Shown here: positions 1 through 11,700 of the stretch, one piece after another
Numbering within the stretch: the first letter of the stretch is position 1
Layout of the letters: each line of letters starts with the position of its first letter
Assembly: GCF_032062105.1 (NCBI RefSeq)
Contig: NW_026932065.1
Location: 124,001-188,000 of the forward strand
Length of the DNA: 64,000 nt
Direction of reading: 5' to 3'
Source: Saccostrea cucullata
Taxonomy: Eukaryota
Notes under the pieces: model-generated
What the model was told of the DNA's origin: nothing
The model's database searches: none
The model's input: the letters and a program-made list of their open reading frames with translations, nothing else
Position numbers and translations under genes: made by a program

Positions 1-229
1 TCAATCAATCAACATAATCCGAAAATTGAAGTGGGTGGCAATTGGGGACCTATTTACTTAAAAGTTTTTTTTTCTGTTTAAAGCAGAGAAATGTATTAAA
101 TTAACAATGCCATTTTTTTCAAAATGGTCATCCTTCATTCAATCTGAACTTTTAGGACAGAAGCCCACTCACTTCTTACTAAAGTAAAATATACTGTCTG
201 TGTGTATGTTGTCTCTTCCAATCTGGGAC

Positions 230-1300
230 CTAAAGAGTGTGACAAGACCTATAAAAACAAGAGATCATAAATGTTAATACTAAAAAAATGATGTACCTTT
301 ATACATGTAAATAGACCAATAAAATACCGTTGGAAAGCATTGGCACAAAGTATTTAAAAGTTATGGCCAAGGTATAAAAAATTTTCAAGTTTAAAATTTT
401 AAAAAGTTTGTAAAATTTCATTGTCAGACAGTCAAAATTGTTTGTTTCCAAAGGCATTTCTTGAGGTGAAAATTTAATGGTTCAAAGTTATGCCAATGGT
501 TAAAGGGGCATGGACACAGTTTCAGCTAAAATTTCAACAAATATTTAACTAGGGTCTTTCTAATGATCATCAAAAAGAAATAAACAAGACAGATTTAGAG
601 CTCCAAACCTTTGTTAAGTAAACAAGGCTAGTGTCATGTTTTTGTGTACACAGGTTAATATACTAATATATGTTCGTTCAAAGTAGATAATTTCAAATAA
701 AAGTTAATTTTAAATACGATTCGACAGTTACTATTGATTTGCTGAACTTCATTTTTTTTTATAAATATGATATTTTCTATATGTAAACAATAACAAGGCA
801 CGAGCCTCGTTTACATTATGAAGAACTTTAAGTTCTGTATGTTGTTTATTAATCAACAAATGGTGTTCAAATTTTTGCTAATCAATAGATGATGTCTTAG
901 TTAGGAATTGTAAACATTAAACATGGTTTTAAAAAATCAATTGAAACTGTGTCCAGGCCCCTTTAAAGCTTTATTTTTTGGTATTATCGATCTTTCCTTG
1001 TCAAATATTATTCAAAATATTTTTCAGAATCATACTGTATATTGTGTTAGATTGGTGAGATGGTTTAACTCTTAGATCAATAGGGTCTTTGACACAATAA
1101 AATACACGTAGGAAGATTGAAAGCCATGGCCATCGCATCTACTGTTCAAAAGTTTTTGTCAGGGTTTAATTATTTTTTTTTTTTTTGCGAAAGGTCAAAA
1201 GGTAAAATATGTTGGTACCCATATAAAGCTCTTATTTCATAGAATAAATAATTATTTAAACATAAAGGCTTTCCAATAGATAGACAGATGATAAGAAACT
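230..1300 (-). mobile_element. Degenerate Helentron/HINE-type repeat remnant, interrupted by the Kolobok-type MITE at 504-962
   Basis: Recurrent motifs AAAGTTATGGCCAAGG / TTCAAAGTTATGCCAATGGTTAA / AAGGTCAAAAGGTAAAATATGTTGGTACC, shared with the better-preserved copy at 16850-17345; ends in GATAGACAGATG, resembling the microsatellite end. Boundaries approximate. Confidence 0.5.
504..962. mobile_element. Non-autonomous Kolobok-type DNA transposon (MITE), TTAA TSD
   Basis: TTAA(500-503)-AGGGGCATGGACACAGTTTCA ... TGAAACTGTGTCCAGGCCCCT-TTAA(963-966): 21-bp TIR with 1 mismatch. There is also an internal imperfect inverted repeat (~618-650 vs ~782-814). TTAA TSD with purine-first termini fits Kolobok rather than piggyBac (CC..GG). 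Confidence 0.85.
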
Positions 1301-2186
1301 AAGCAATGAAGACTTCATCAAAAACTGTGAAAATTAATAACTTCCTGGTTTATATTTCTGGCTTTAGAACAGAGTCAGCTAAATTGTTTTTTTTTATCTT
1401 ACTTCTAGACATCTAACAAAAAACGTGAATATAATGAGTCTGCAACCTTTTACTAGAATTAGGAAAATTGCGTTTCTTGGTTTCAATATCCAATTCATAA
1501 AGTGGGACTTGGTTGATCATATTTTGAAACTACATTAAATCTTTGAAAACCTTCTCTTAAACGTTGAAAATTCCACACTATTACATTAAAAACTCAACGC
1601 TTAAAAAATGTAAAATTCCTGGAATCGTTCAGAAATGCACTGGGTTGGTCATACATGATTGTCACTCTTGAAAATCTTGAATTTTTTTCTCGTGAATCTG
1701 ATTGTTGCAATGATTTTATACTGAGCAGCTATAACGTTCTATTATAAAATGTAAAATTCTTGTTCCTCAGGCCAGGGATCACGTCTGAGGTTGGAAATAA
1801 GTTCATCATATATTGGAAACTTGAATTTTTGTCTTGTAAGTCCATACTAGTTTCAAGTGGATCTAAAGCCATCATAGCTTGAGAAACTCATAATACGCAG
1901 CAAATGAGCTCCTGTTCTCCAGACTTTGTTGTTTTTCATTATATAATAAAATAAATTTTTAGTGTGTATCTAATTAATAATAATAGAAACATTATTAATA
2001 ATAATAGTACTTGTATACCCATCTGGATACAATCTTTAATAACAATAGTACTTGTATACCCATCTAGATTTACTGAAGATAAGAAATTATTTCAGACAAA
2101 ACATGTAAGATGAAGAGACTAATTAACTTCTCTAATATGTGTGTACATGTATCATTATTAATACAAATAATAGTACGTGTTTCCAT

Positions 2187-2526
2187 AAAACAAGAAAAAA
2201 TACCAATAGCTATCAAAAAGTAATATAACTGGTTTGCATGCAGAAGAGTATTAATTAATTATCTATTATGATTGAGGATAGAGATTTTCTGGTTGTGTTC
2301 TTAGGTATGTACTTGGCTCCATGTCAACATCTGGATAATGATTCAATTTTTCATCGAATGAATTGGCTTTTTATCTCGAGAAAATGTAATTTGAAAACTG
2401 TCAATGAAGATGACAAAAAATTATTTGCATTACACAATGTACAAAACATGTAAAGTAAGCAAAATTACAAGTAAACCGGAAGAGACTGATAAGCTGTTGA
2501 GCCCCTTTCGTTTGCGACGTTGTTTC

Positions 2527-2558
<32 letters not shown>

Positions 2559-3015
2559 GAGAACCACTGATTTCCACCAAACTTGGCACAAATTTTCTTG
2601 TTCAGAAATGAAGGGCCACACCCTGTGAGATAATCATAAATTTGTTAAAAATTAATGGCATTTTTAAAAAATGTCCAGAACCGATGGGCCAGGAAAGATG
2701 AAACTCATGGAAGCTTCTCACAGTGTAGATTCAAGCATTACAAACAAGACCAAGTTTTACATATGTACGTGTTAAAAATCTTCGTAAAACAAGAAAAAAA
2801 AATACCAATAGCTATCAAAAAGTAATATAACTGGTTTGCATGCAGAAGAGTATTAATTAATTATCTATTATGATTGAGGATAGAGATTTTCTGGTTGTGT
2901 TCTTAGGTATGTACTTGGCTCCATGTCAAATTCTGGATAATGATTCAATTTTTTATCGAATGAAGTGGCTTTTTTATTCTTTGAACTGTAAGAGGTGAGC
3001 AAAATTACAAGTAAA
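2187..3015 (+). repeat. Local direct duplication of ~190 bp (2187-2374 and ~2786-2977), plus a shared short tail
   Basis: Near-identical TACCAATAGCTATCAAAAAGTAATATAACTGGTTTGCATGCAGAAGAG...TGGCTTTTTAT blocks ~600 bp apart, each followed by AGCAAAATTACAAGTAAA; a Helentron-type fragment (~2500-2780) lies between them. Confidence 0.85.
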
Positions 3016-3175
3016 TTGGAAGATTGTGGGGGGCGGTCGAATATTTAACTAACGATGAAAATGTCTGGTTTTTTAATTGATAGTATATAGCAAAAAATAA
3101 TACATTTATATGAACCCCACTCGTGGCAATTCTGATGCATAAAATTTGAAAATATAATAGACAATTAGTCAAATT

Positions 3176-4085
3176 CTTATGCCCCCTTAATGAAGAATAA
3201 GGAGCATATAGTTTTTGTCCTGTTCTCCTGTCTGTCTTTCTAGCTGTGAATCTGTCTGTTGAATAAAAAATTTTAGCCTTGCCCATATTTTTTTGTTTGT
3301 CATTCACATTTATGGCTTTCAGCTGTATTTAGAAAGACAAGAACTATCTTTGGGCATCAAGATATTTTACCCTAAGAACATCTCTAAAATAATGTTTGTT
3401 TGTCCTCTACAGACTCAGGGTAAAATAATTTGGTCGGTAGGCAGGTGGAAACAATTTTGCTCCAGAAAACTTAAATATATTTATTAACAGGATGAGAGGA
3501 ATAAAAAGGAAATCATGTCCTGGAATGTATTAAAAATGAGTCGGGACATTTTTATTCAGCTGGTCGGGAGAGGGCAACCAAACAATTTTTTTAAAGATGG
3601 TCCTAGTCTAAACTTTTGAACATCTTGCTGCAAGGCTTTTATATTTCAGAAGTGTTTTCCTTCTGACAAGAACTTTCCTCTGGTATCGTTTAACCATGGA
3701 GTTTTTACCTAAACTTTTGAAAAACCTTAACATTTGCCATAACTTAAAGTTAGTGCTAGTGTTTCTATATTTCACAAGCGTATCCCTTGTAACAAGACCT
3801 TCCTTTTTGTAAGAATGATTTCGACCTTTTGGTCTTTACCTTGGAATTTGGTGTAGTTTTGAAGAAATTCAACCATGTTCATACCTTTTGAACAGTTGGC
3901 ACAAAAGCTTTCTTTTTTCACAGGATAAGGTGTATCTTATGTGACAAGGTCATCCCTTGGGTACCAACAATTTTACCTCTTTGACCTTAGAGTTTGGTCT
4001 ATTTGTGAACTTAAAGAATTCATACATTGTCATGACTTTTTAATGGTTGGAATATTTTGCACTTTTCTTGGATGCATTCTTGTAA
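3176..4085 (+). mobile_element. Degenerate HINE/Helentron non-autonomous element with decayed internal tandem units
   Basis: Starts TTATGCCCCTTAATGAAGAATAAGGAGCATATAG (sub-terminal hairpin), then a CTGT-type microsatellite, then repeated GACAAGACCTT / TTGACCTT / AACTTT units. Confidence 0.6.
3374..3604. mobile_element. Small MITE with ~35-bp imperfect TIRs nested in the HINE
   Basis: AAGAACATCTCTAAAATAATGTTTGTTTGTCCTCT vs the reverse complement of AGAGGGCAACCAAACAATTTTTTTAAAGATGGTCCT. Confidence 0.6.
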
Positions 4086-7000
4086 AAAAAAAAAAAATGG
4101 ATGCTTGTTAGCTTTTCTTTGCGGCAGATTTGATGCTAAAGCATCAATTTTACTTGAATGTTCATCCATCCGATTTCAGAGCATCAAAATTGAAACTCTC
4201 AAACTGAATTTTTCATCTAATTGAAGTTTTCTTGTGAAATATGGACATAAACTGTTGGAGTTGCTGTAGCTTTTTAAGCTTGTTTATAAGATTGGAATGA
4301 TAGACAGATGGACGATGGACACTCTATCATTCTATTAGCTTTAAAGTCCCTTCCAGGTAGAGATAATGCGGGTAAAAACCAGGTTGATGTTTTCAAATCG
4401 ATAAGAAATGACCAAGTTCTTTCTTCCGAATTACGTACAAGATACAGACTGACGTTTCCATGAAGTAAGCACTGATTACCAGAATTATTAAAGATAAAAT
4501 AAATTAAGGAAAAATATGGTTTTTGAAAAAGAGATGACATTTTGTCTTTTCCTATGGACAATATGTCTGAAAGGAAAAACAAATCTAATCACATACACAG
4601 AATTTGTCTATCTATAATGATAATAATAATAAAAAAAAAAGCATTTAATTATTTCCATAATTTGCAAAAAATGAACATTTGATGTCGAAAATATAGACTG
4701 ATTTATGGTACAATTTTGTTTAACGTCGAAGAATAATTATGGAGATGAAAGTATATTGACAATAGTTTACGGCAAGTTTATGACAGAATTCACAGATCGC
4801 CCTTGCACCTTCACTTCCTTTATGTGTTCAGTCCATTACTTCCAAGGCAAAAAGAATTATTTGCTAGACTGAGATCCAAGTAAAGAGTTATAGGAAATAA
4901 AATGAAAATAGGTTACTTTTATTTTTCATTTTTTTCTCACCTTTATTAAACCATTTATTTTTCTTTGTTTTAATTTGTATCCTTAACGGCTCGTGTTTTG
5001 CCCTCAGATGTATAATTAATGTTTCCTGATGATTTTGAAAAATACAAAAACAAAACCAGACATGTGTAAGTATATGCATATACTAAAGGCATATTTGTAA
5101 TAGAGCTGAGCGCGGAGCTATATCTAGTAGATTGTAAAAACTGGAATTCCTTTTGAAATTATTTTAAAAAATCTGCTTGCATTTTCTCTATGATAAACTA
5201 AATGTATGATTTCATTCAAAAAAATATATCTAACATATATATTATTTAAGTTTCATGACATTGTCATGTCGACGATTTAAAGGCACTTTAAACTTTAAAG
5301 CAACATTTAAAAAAAGAAAGTTACGAAAATTAAAGATATTCACTAATAAATACTTAAGAGACAAAGTGAAACTGGTTACTATACCCTGATCTGTGGTGAT
5401 AGGGTGAGGCTAAATGTCGTGAAATGAAAATGCATTTTGAATTCAGAAATCAGCATGAATACATAACATGTAAAGTTCTGATTGAATATTTTAACAAAAT
5501 GCAAAAAAATACAGAACTATTCTTTTACATGTAAGAATGCTGACAGGAATTAAATGTACTTGGTGTTTTTATAATATAATCAGCAACGAAGAAGTGGGTA
5601 CTTCAAGTACAATGTGTAATTAATTGTTTGATTGAAGGAGGGGGATCACAAACATAAATCAGTGTCTAGCTATAGGATTATGTTATAGACACAATTTGAG
5701 AATAGAAAGAGGAGACCTTTAATCTGAACCAAAATTAAAAATACAGAAAATTAAGTATATGCTTAAAGGTTTATTATTTCTAATAACAAGCAATTTGTAT
5801 AATAAAAGACTGCATCTGTAATGAATCATTTCGTAATGTAACCAGAATTCTATGATGAGTAAAGTGATAGCAAGAAGAATTTAAACAAGGAGTAGGCAAT
5901 TCTGAACTTTTAACACTGAACGAAAAACATCTTAAAGTTGAATAACTTAATTACAAGTGCAAGGGGTTCAGATTTAAACCCATGTCTGGTAAGCCACATT
6001 TTCTTCCTTTTAGCTGTATTTCTGAATGTTAAATGCATATTATTATTATATTTAAAAAAAACAACATTCAAATAAGATTTAAATTTTTCTGTTGACTAAA
6101 TAATCATGTTCTTTCTCCGTAACAATCTTTTTGAAGGATATCAGCACTGCACTGAGACAATTTGCAATTACACTTTAATAATAGACTGCTCACGCCAATA
6201 TCAAATTCTCGATGGTTAATTTTAGGATTGAAAGAACAAAGGAATAACACCAAAGCAATGCTTCAATCTTCATATATATAAGAAAACATCTAGGAGACGG
6301 CATTGGGTTGGGTGTAGGGAGATTACAAGGAAATTCTATTGGTTCAAGTTCTGAAGTTACGATGTTACTAAACGTATGTCGCAGTTATTCAGGTGTCTTG
6401 TATACGCGAATATTTTATTTTTCTTTAAAATAGACAACTTGTTTCTCTTTTATGAAAACTTCAACTTTTTGTTTAGTTTGTTTTTCTTCCATTTATTTAT
6501 TTTTTCTGTGATATTTCCATATAGATATTGTTTTTGATATGGAAGTGTGCGTTAAAGAACACACGTGGAGCCAACAAATACATGTAACGTACTGTCAGAT
6601 AAATTCTAAAATGGATTAATTGAATTCTGGACACATAAACAACTCTGCAAGAAATTGACCCAAATAATGCCCCAGTCTACAAAAATAATTGGTAAACTAA
6701 TTATTTAATAATAATATTGGGGTAGGTAATCTAATTTTATTAATAACCTGTACAAGAGTTCTTGCAACCTTTATGGAACTTGGCGTGGTCAGAGAAAAAA
6801 TTAAAACATTCTTTATAGTGGGAATAGGTAGTGCTTTATAACCTACCGTGTGGAGAATAACATAGAGGTAAAGTGTTATTGCCAAATATTTGTAGTTTCT
6901 TTCCTGATAACTCGGAATATATTTTTATTATTTTGGCTTAAGCACAACACACGAGGAAATGACTTTTTTCAAAACCTTTAGATCGCCCAAAAATTTTGGG

Positions 7001-7819
7001 TGGAGTATGTGATTTTTTTGACAAAACTTTTCATAAATGATATTTTCATGTTAGAAGTTAAAAAAATTCAGATATTTTAAAAAAAAATGTAAAAAGAAAT
7101 ACAACTTTTTATGGCATTAAACATATTTATTTCTTTTTAAATAAAAAACGATGAGTGAAAAACAGTTATTTAAAGAGAGTATTGAGATTAATTTTGATGA
7201 CCAGAGCAGTGTTAAATATATAGTGTTGATAATACCGTGTTAAATAACCAAGGTCAATGAAAGTAGTAGACGGATTGTCTCATTGAGTCTGTGGGCATTA
7301 AAAAAGCTAGCCGCTAACAAAAGTTATCACTGTGATTCGATAGAGATCATGAAAAGTAATAATTGGAGATTTCTCCGCATTTGCTTCAAGACCGAAAAAT
7401 TGCTTTGGTATTTCCAAAACAAAAAACAACAATTTTTACATGTGTAAAAGATATTGCTGATGATTTGGGGATAATTTTCCCGCTGGGAAGTTAATTCATT
7501 GATGATAGCTTTCTTTGATGCCGTCCAATAAAAAAAAATGAATATTTTTTCTTAACATGTTAAATGTTTTTATTTCAACACAGATTACCAACACCCAGGT
7601 AAAGTAGGGATGGAATCCAAATCGACAAACGATAACTTTCCGGCGACGATACCAAACCTTCGGAACAAATTAAACACCTAAAAATCGGACACAGAACGCC
7701 TTTTCCACACGCTTAATATGCAGATAGACTTTGCTGTGAAATATCGATAGTGAGAGGCGCATTGGATTTCGCTGTCTTTGCGTACATGGCTTTTTGCAGT
7801 CAATGACAAGTAAGCAAGA

Positions 7820-9001
7820 ATGGGCTCTGTTCATATTGTGAATGAGACTAACTACAGGCACTTCTTATCGCACCTAAGTATGGAATACCATCTCGAAGAC
7901 CCTTTTCATAATTCATCTGACCCAATGTATCATTACAACTTTGATTTGGAAAAATTCGTCGAAGATATGCGTGAAGAACTCAAAGGATACAAGGAACCCT
8001 TGACAATAGCGCTTATATTTCTCTACAGTATTGTGTTCTTCTTGGGGCTTTTTGGAAACATTTTTGTAATAATCACCGTTCTTCACTACAAACACATGCG
8101 CACACTGACTAACGTTTTCTTGGTGAATCTCGCCATAAGTGATTTACTTGTTGTTCTCTTTTGCATTCCTATCACCCTAGGGACCTCTGTTTACAGGGAC
8201 TATGTGTACGGCATTGGAATGTGTAAACTGACGTCATTTCTACAAGGAAGTGCAATCTGTGTAAGTTCCTTGAGCCTTCTCACAATTAGCATCAACCGAT
8301 TTATCGCCATCCACACACCACTGCGCGCCAAAATTACGTTCTCAAAACGGCGCGTTTATTTTATAATCCTTGTTATTTGGTGCATATCTTTTGCTGTGTT
8401 TGCACCTCTGTTAGTGGTGAACAACATTCGAAATATAGGATTTCCACCATTTTTTGACAAGCGAATTTGCAATGAGCATTGGAACCCACCGAGTGGGAAA
8501 CATTTGTATAACATTGTAGTGTTCGTGTCCATTTTCTTCATACCATTGTTAGCCATGATATTAACGTATACCAAAATCAGCTTAGTTCTGTGGAGAACTC
8601 AAGACAAGGCAATTACTCAGACAAAGAGAGTAATTCTGCAGAGACGACGGACCGTTAAATTGTTGATATGTGTTGTTGTCATTTTCTGCGTTTGTTGGTT
8701 ACCATACAACGTCATCTATATCTGGTTGGAATTCAATATCAACACTGCAAGTGTGGTGATTTCAGAAAAAGTGTATCCCTTACTACAGTTATTGGCCATT
8801 TCTAATTCCGCCATTAACCCAATTTGTTACTGCCTTATGAGCAGTGGTTTTCAGAAAGCGTTTTTAAGATTGTGTTGTAAGAGAAGACTTAACTCGAAAC
8901 CGGATGTTATCTTAATGGTGAAATTCAAAGACGGAAGTTCCGAAAGTCAGGAAACTGAGCTCGGAACTCGGTTTACAAGACAGTCACTCACTGTTTGTTA
9001 G
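7820..9001 (+). CDS. Class A (rhodopsin-like) neuropeptide GPCR, orexin/allatotropin/QRFP-receptor-like, uninterrupted CDS, 393 aa
   Basis: Seven hydrophobic segments; GN in TM1, HMRTLTNVFLVNLAISDLL in ICL1/TM2, Cys at the top of TM3 and in ECL2 (ICNEHW), NRF at the DRY position, CWLP in TM6, NSAINPICY in TM7, CC after helix 8; N-glycosylation sequons NET and NSS; AATAAA at 9051-9056. Confidence 0.93.
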   Translation: MGSVHIVNETNYRHFLSHLSMEYHLEDPFHNSSDPMYHYNFDLEKFVEDMREELKGYKEPLTIALIFLYSIVFFLGLFGNIFVIITVLHYKHMRTLTNVFLVNLAISDLLVVLFCIPITLGTSVYRDYVYGIGMCKLTSFLQGSAICVSSLSLLTISINRFIAIHTPLRAKITFSKRRVYFIILVIWCISFAVFAPLLVVNNIRNIGFPPFFDKRICNEHWNPPSGKHLYNIVVFVSIFFIPLLAMILTYTKISLVLWRTQDKAITQTKRVILQRRRTVKLLICVVVIFCVCWLPYNVIYIWLEFNINTASVVISEKVYPLLQLLAISNSAINPICYCLMSSGFQKAFLRLCCKRRLNSKPDVILMVKFKDGSSESQETELGTRFTRQSLTVC

Positions 9002-11519
9002 AGTAATGGGGTACCTGTATGTTGTATAACTCATGTTGACTCTGAACTTAAATAAAATCCACAAACCAGATTTAAATCTGTTAAATTGTAATGATCGAAT
9101 TCTTATTTTTATCTTCACTTATTTAATAATGTGTAATTTTGAATGAAATCCTATCATTTACCTTGGGAATGTTACATTCGGCGATTTTATTGTATCTGCT
9201 ACGATCGAGACTTTATATTGTTTCTTGACCAACTAACAAACTTAAATCGTATATAAATCACAGTAGCTGGATGAATAAAGACCACATTCATAAGGTGAAA
9301 TTGCTAAAAGTTCAAACAACAGAAATTGCCATTTACACTTTATATGCTATTCTGTGGTTTCATTTGTCCGTGGCAATCGTAAATGCACACAAGATTTTCA
9401 TTGCGCATAATTTGTCTAGTATTATTCCCTCGCAACGGTGTTGGGGGTATTTAGTTACACAATCATGTGTGTACGTTTGTGAGTGAGTTAGCACTGTATT
9501 AAACGGAAGTGAAATAATTTGCATCGGGATCGATGTCGAATATTGATATGCTCATTGTGAAGGAATGCACCGCTTTGTGATGCTCTTGTTAAAGACTTTA
9601 TCTCAATTCATGGCTGTTAATACTACGCTTAGTGGGTGATCTAATCATAAGTAGACTACTTCTTAAATCTGCTTTTATTTTCTGTGCAAAAAATTGTAAT
9701 TAAACCTAGCATCAGACACCTTTGAAAAACTAGCCTTGGGGTTTTGATAAATATAGCGGATTTTGAGTATTCGCATTTTGTATAATAGGATTAGAGAAGT
9801 TTATCAAACTATTAAGTAAATCTCATTCCAATATTTGAAATCAGGTGTAACTTCTCTAAGATTTCTGTTATTTATTTATATTATTTTTCTAATATTTGTT
9901 CATCAGCAATCAGTTCAAAATATTTTTTAGCAACGTTTAATTTCTTGAAAATTAAAGCTATATATAGCGTATCTGAGCTAAAACATGATACGATATTGAG
10001 TGCAGATAAACATAGCAAATCTAATTTAATTGGTTTACTGAACATTTTGAGGTCCTCAATACCCGGTAACAATACAATGTTGATGTGCTTGATTGTCAAT
10101 GATTTACATGTACACGTATATACATGGTAAATAAGCGTAATGATGTTGAGTGTAACAGAGCCAAAATTTCAAATATCCAAACATGGTCCTATCATTTTTC
10201 TGCTTTGTATGTACATGTAGGTTGGTTGGACAGAAGAAATTTGATAAAGTATTAAATACATTTTTTTCAAGTACATCCATATAAAGCTTTAGAAAATGCG
10301 ATTACTTGTGTATATTGTGCGTGAGCGCTTCTTCGCCAGAGGGGCGCCGAGGTGGTGGGTTGCTGTAATAATTAAAAGAAGATTATTTTAAACCATTTGT
10401 GGACACAAATAAGTTCTGACCGAAAACAGCTCTTAAATCTATAATTGTTCATAAGTTATGTAAAGTAATCTCTATTATAGTCTCGTACAGGTATGAGTAT
10501 ATTCATTACACTGATTTTTACAACTACATGTATTCTGTTTTAATCTCCTGAAAAGATGGTACTTGAAATTCCAAATCTATATCGACAATTTTAATGACAC
10601 TAAGTCAGATTTCATACACTAGTATATTTCTTGCTGTTTTGATATGGTTATGCAAAAATGAATCTCGAAAAATTCATATTGATAATTTTACGCTTTACAT
10701 GCGTACGAAAATTATAAATCCCAAAGTAGTCGATATGCATGTTGTTATTTCCATTTTAAAAAAAATGAAAAAGATTACTTTTTTTAAATGATGCCAATAT
10801 TAAAACAGTAAGACAGAACATTCAAAATGTTTACTAAATATATTGCGATTTGTATTTTTTTTTTTATTTCCTTATAAACGTATATGTATATACGCCAAAG
10901 AAAATTCATTTCCAAAAAAATCTATTAACCAGTAACTTCTACATAAAGCAACCGATATTTTGATATTTTAGCAAAATTTGTAAGAGTTTTCCCTTGGGAT
11001 TTAAAAAGAAATTATTTTTTCAAGGTTGGGTTCATCCTCATTGTCTACATCGCTGCACTATTTTCATTTGGATTAATAACGGTCACGAAAAAGTCATTAA
11101 TATTTTTTTTGTAACATAAGTTTGATGACCTATGATTAGGATGTTGAATTCTTTGTCCTACGGCATATATACAAATTACAAAATCATCAAATGTTTAAAA
11201 TGGAGAACTGTACATAAGTAGGAAAATTACCCTTCAAGAAATTAAGACTTTTTTTTAAGACTTGAACACAGTGTTATGAAACTTTCATATAAGATTCAAC
11301 TGATGTAGTCTGTAGTAGGCCAGATATAATGGCATAATTCTTTATTGAATAGCTTTAAGCCATACGGCTCATAAGTATATAAACAAAAACAAATATAATA
11401 GTAGGTCTTTGAAAGTTTCATATACTAATATATATATATTTGTGTGTAAAACATTTGATAGCACCCTCGGGGTGAACAAATTGTTCACTATGTAAATTGA
11501 ACATTGTTTAAATTTTAAA

Positions 11520-11700
11520 TTATCTCTCCTTAAAAGAGAGCGGCGTGATTCCTTGTTTGAACAAATTTGAATCCCCTTTATCCAAGGACACTCTTTGGCA
11601 ACTTAATTTTAAATTGGCTCAATGGTCAGCGGTTGGACGGAAGAAGATAAAATTGTGAAACGTTTACGACGACGATAATGACCACAATTTTCGAAACAAA
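11520..11700 (-). mobile_element. Helentron-type repeat fragment; related fragments in the opposite orientation at ~2500-2780 and ~35580-35950
   Basis: TTGAACAAATTTGAATCCCCTTTATCCAAGG...GAAGAAGATAAAATTGTGAAACGTTTACGACGAC is the reverse complement of the AAACTTTTCACATTTTC..TTCTTCTC..GAACCACT..AAACTTG.CACAA motif seen at ~2531 and ~35641. Confidence 0.55.
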
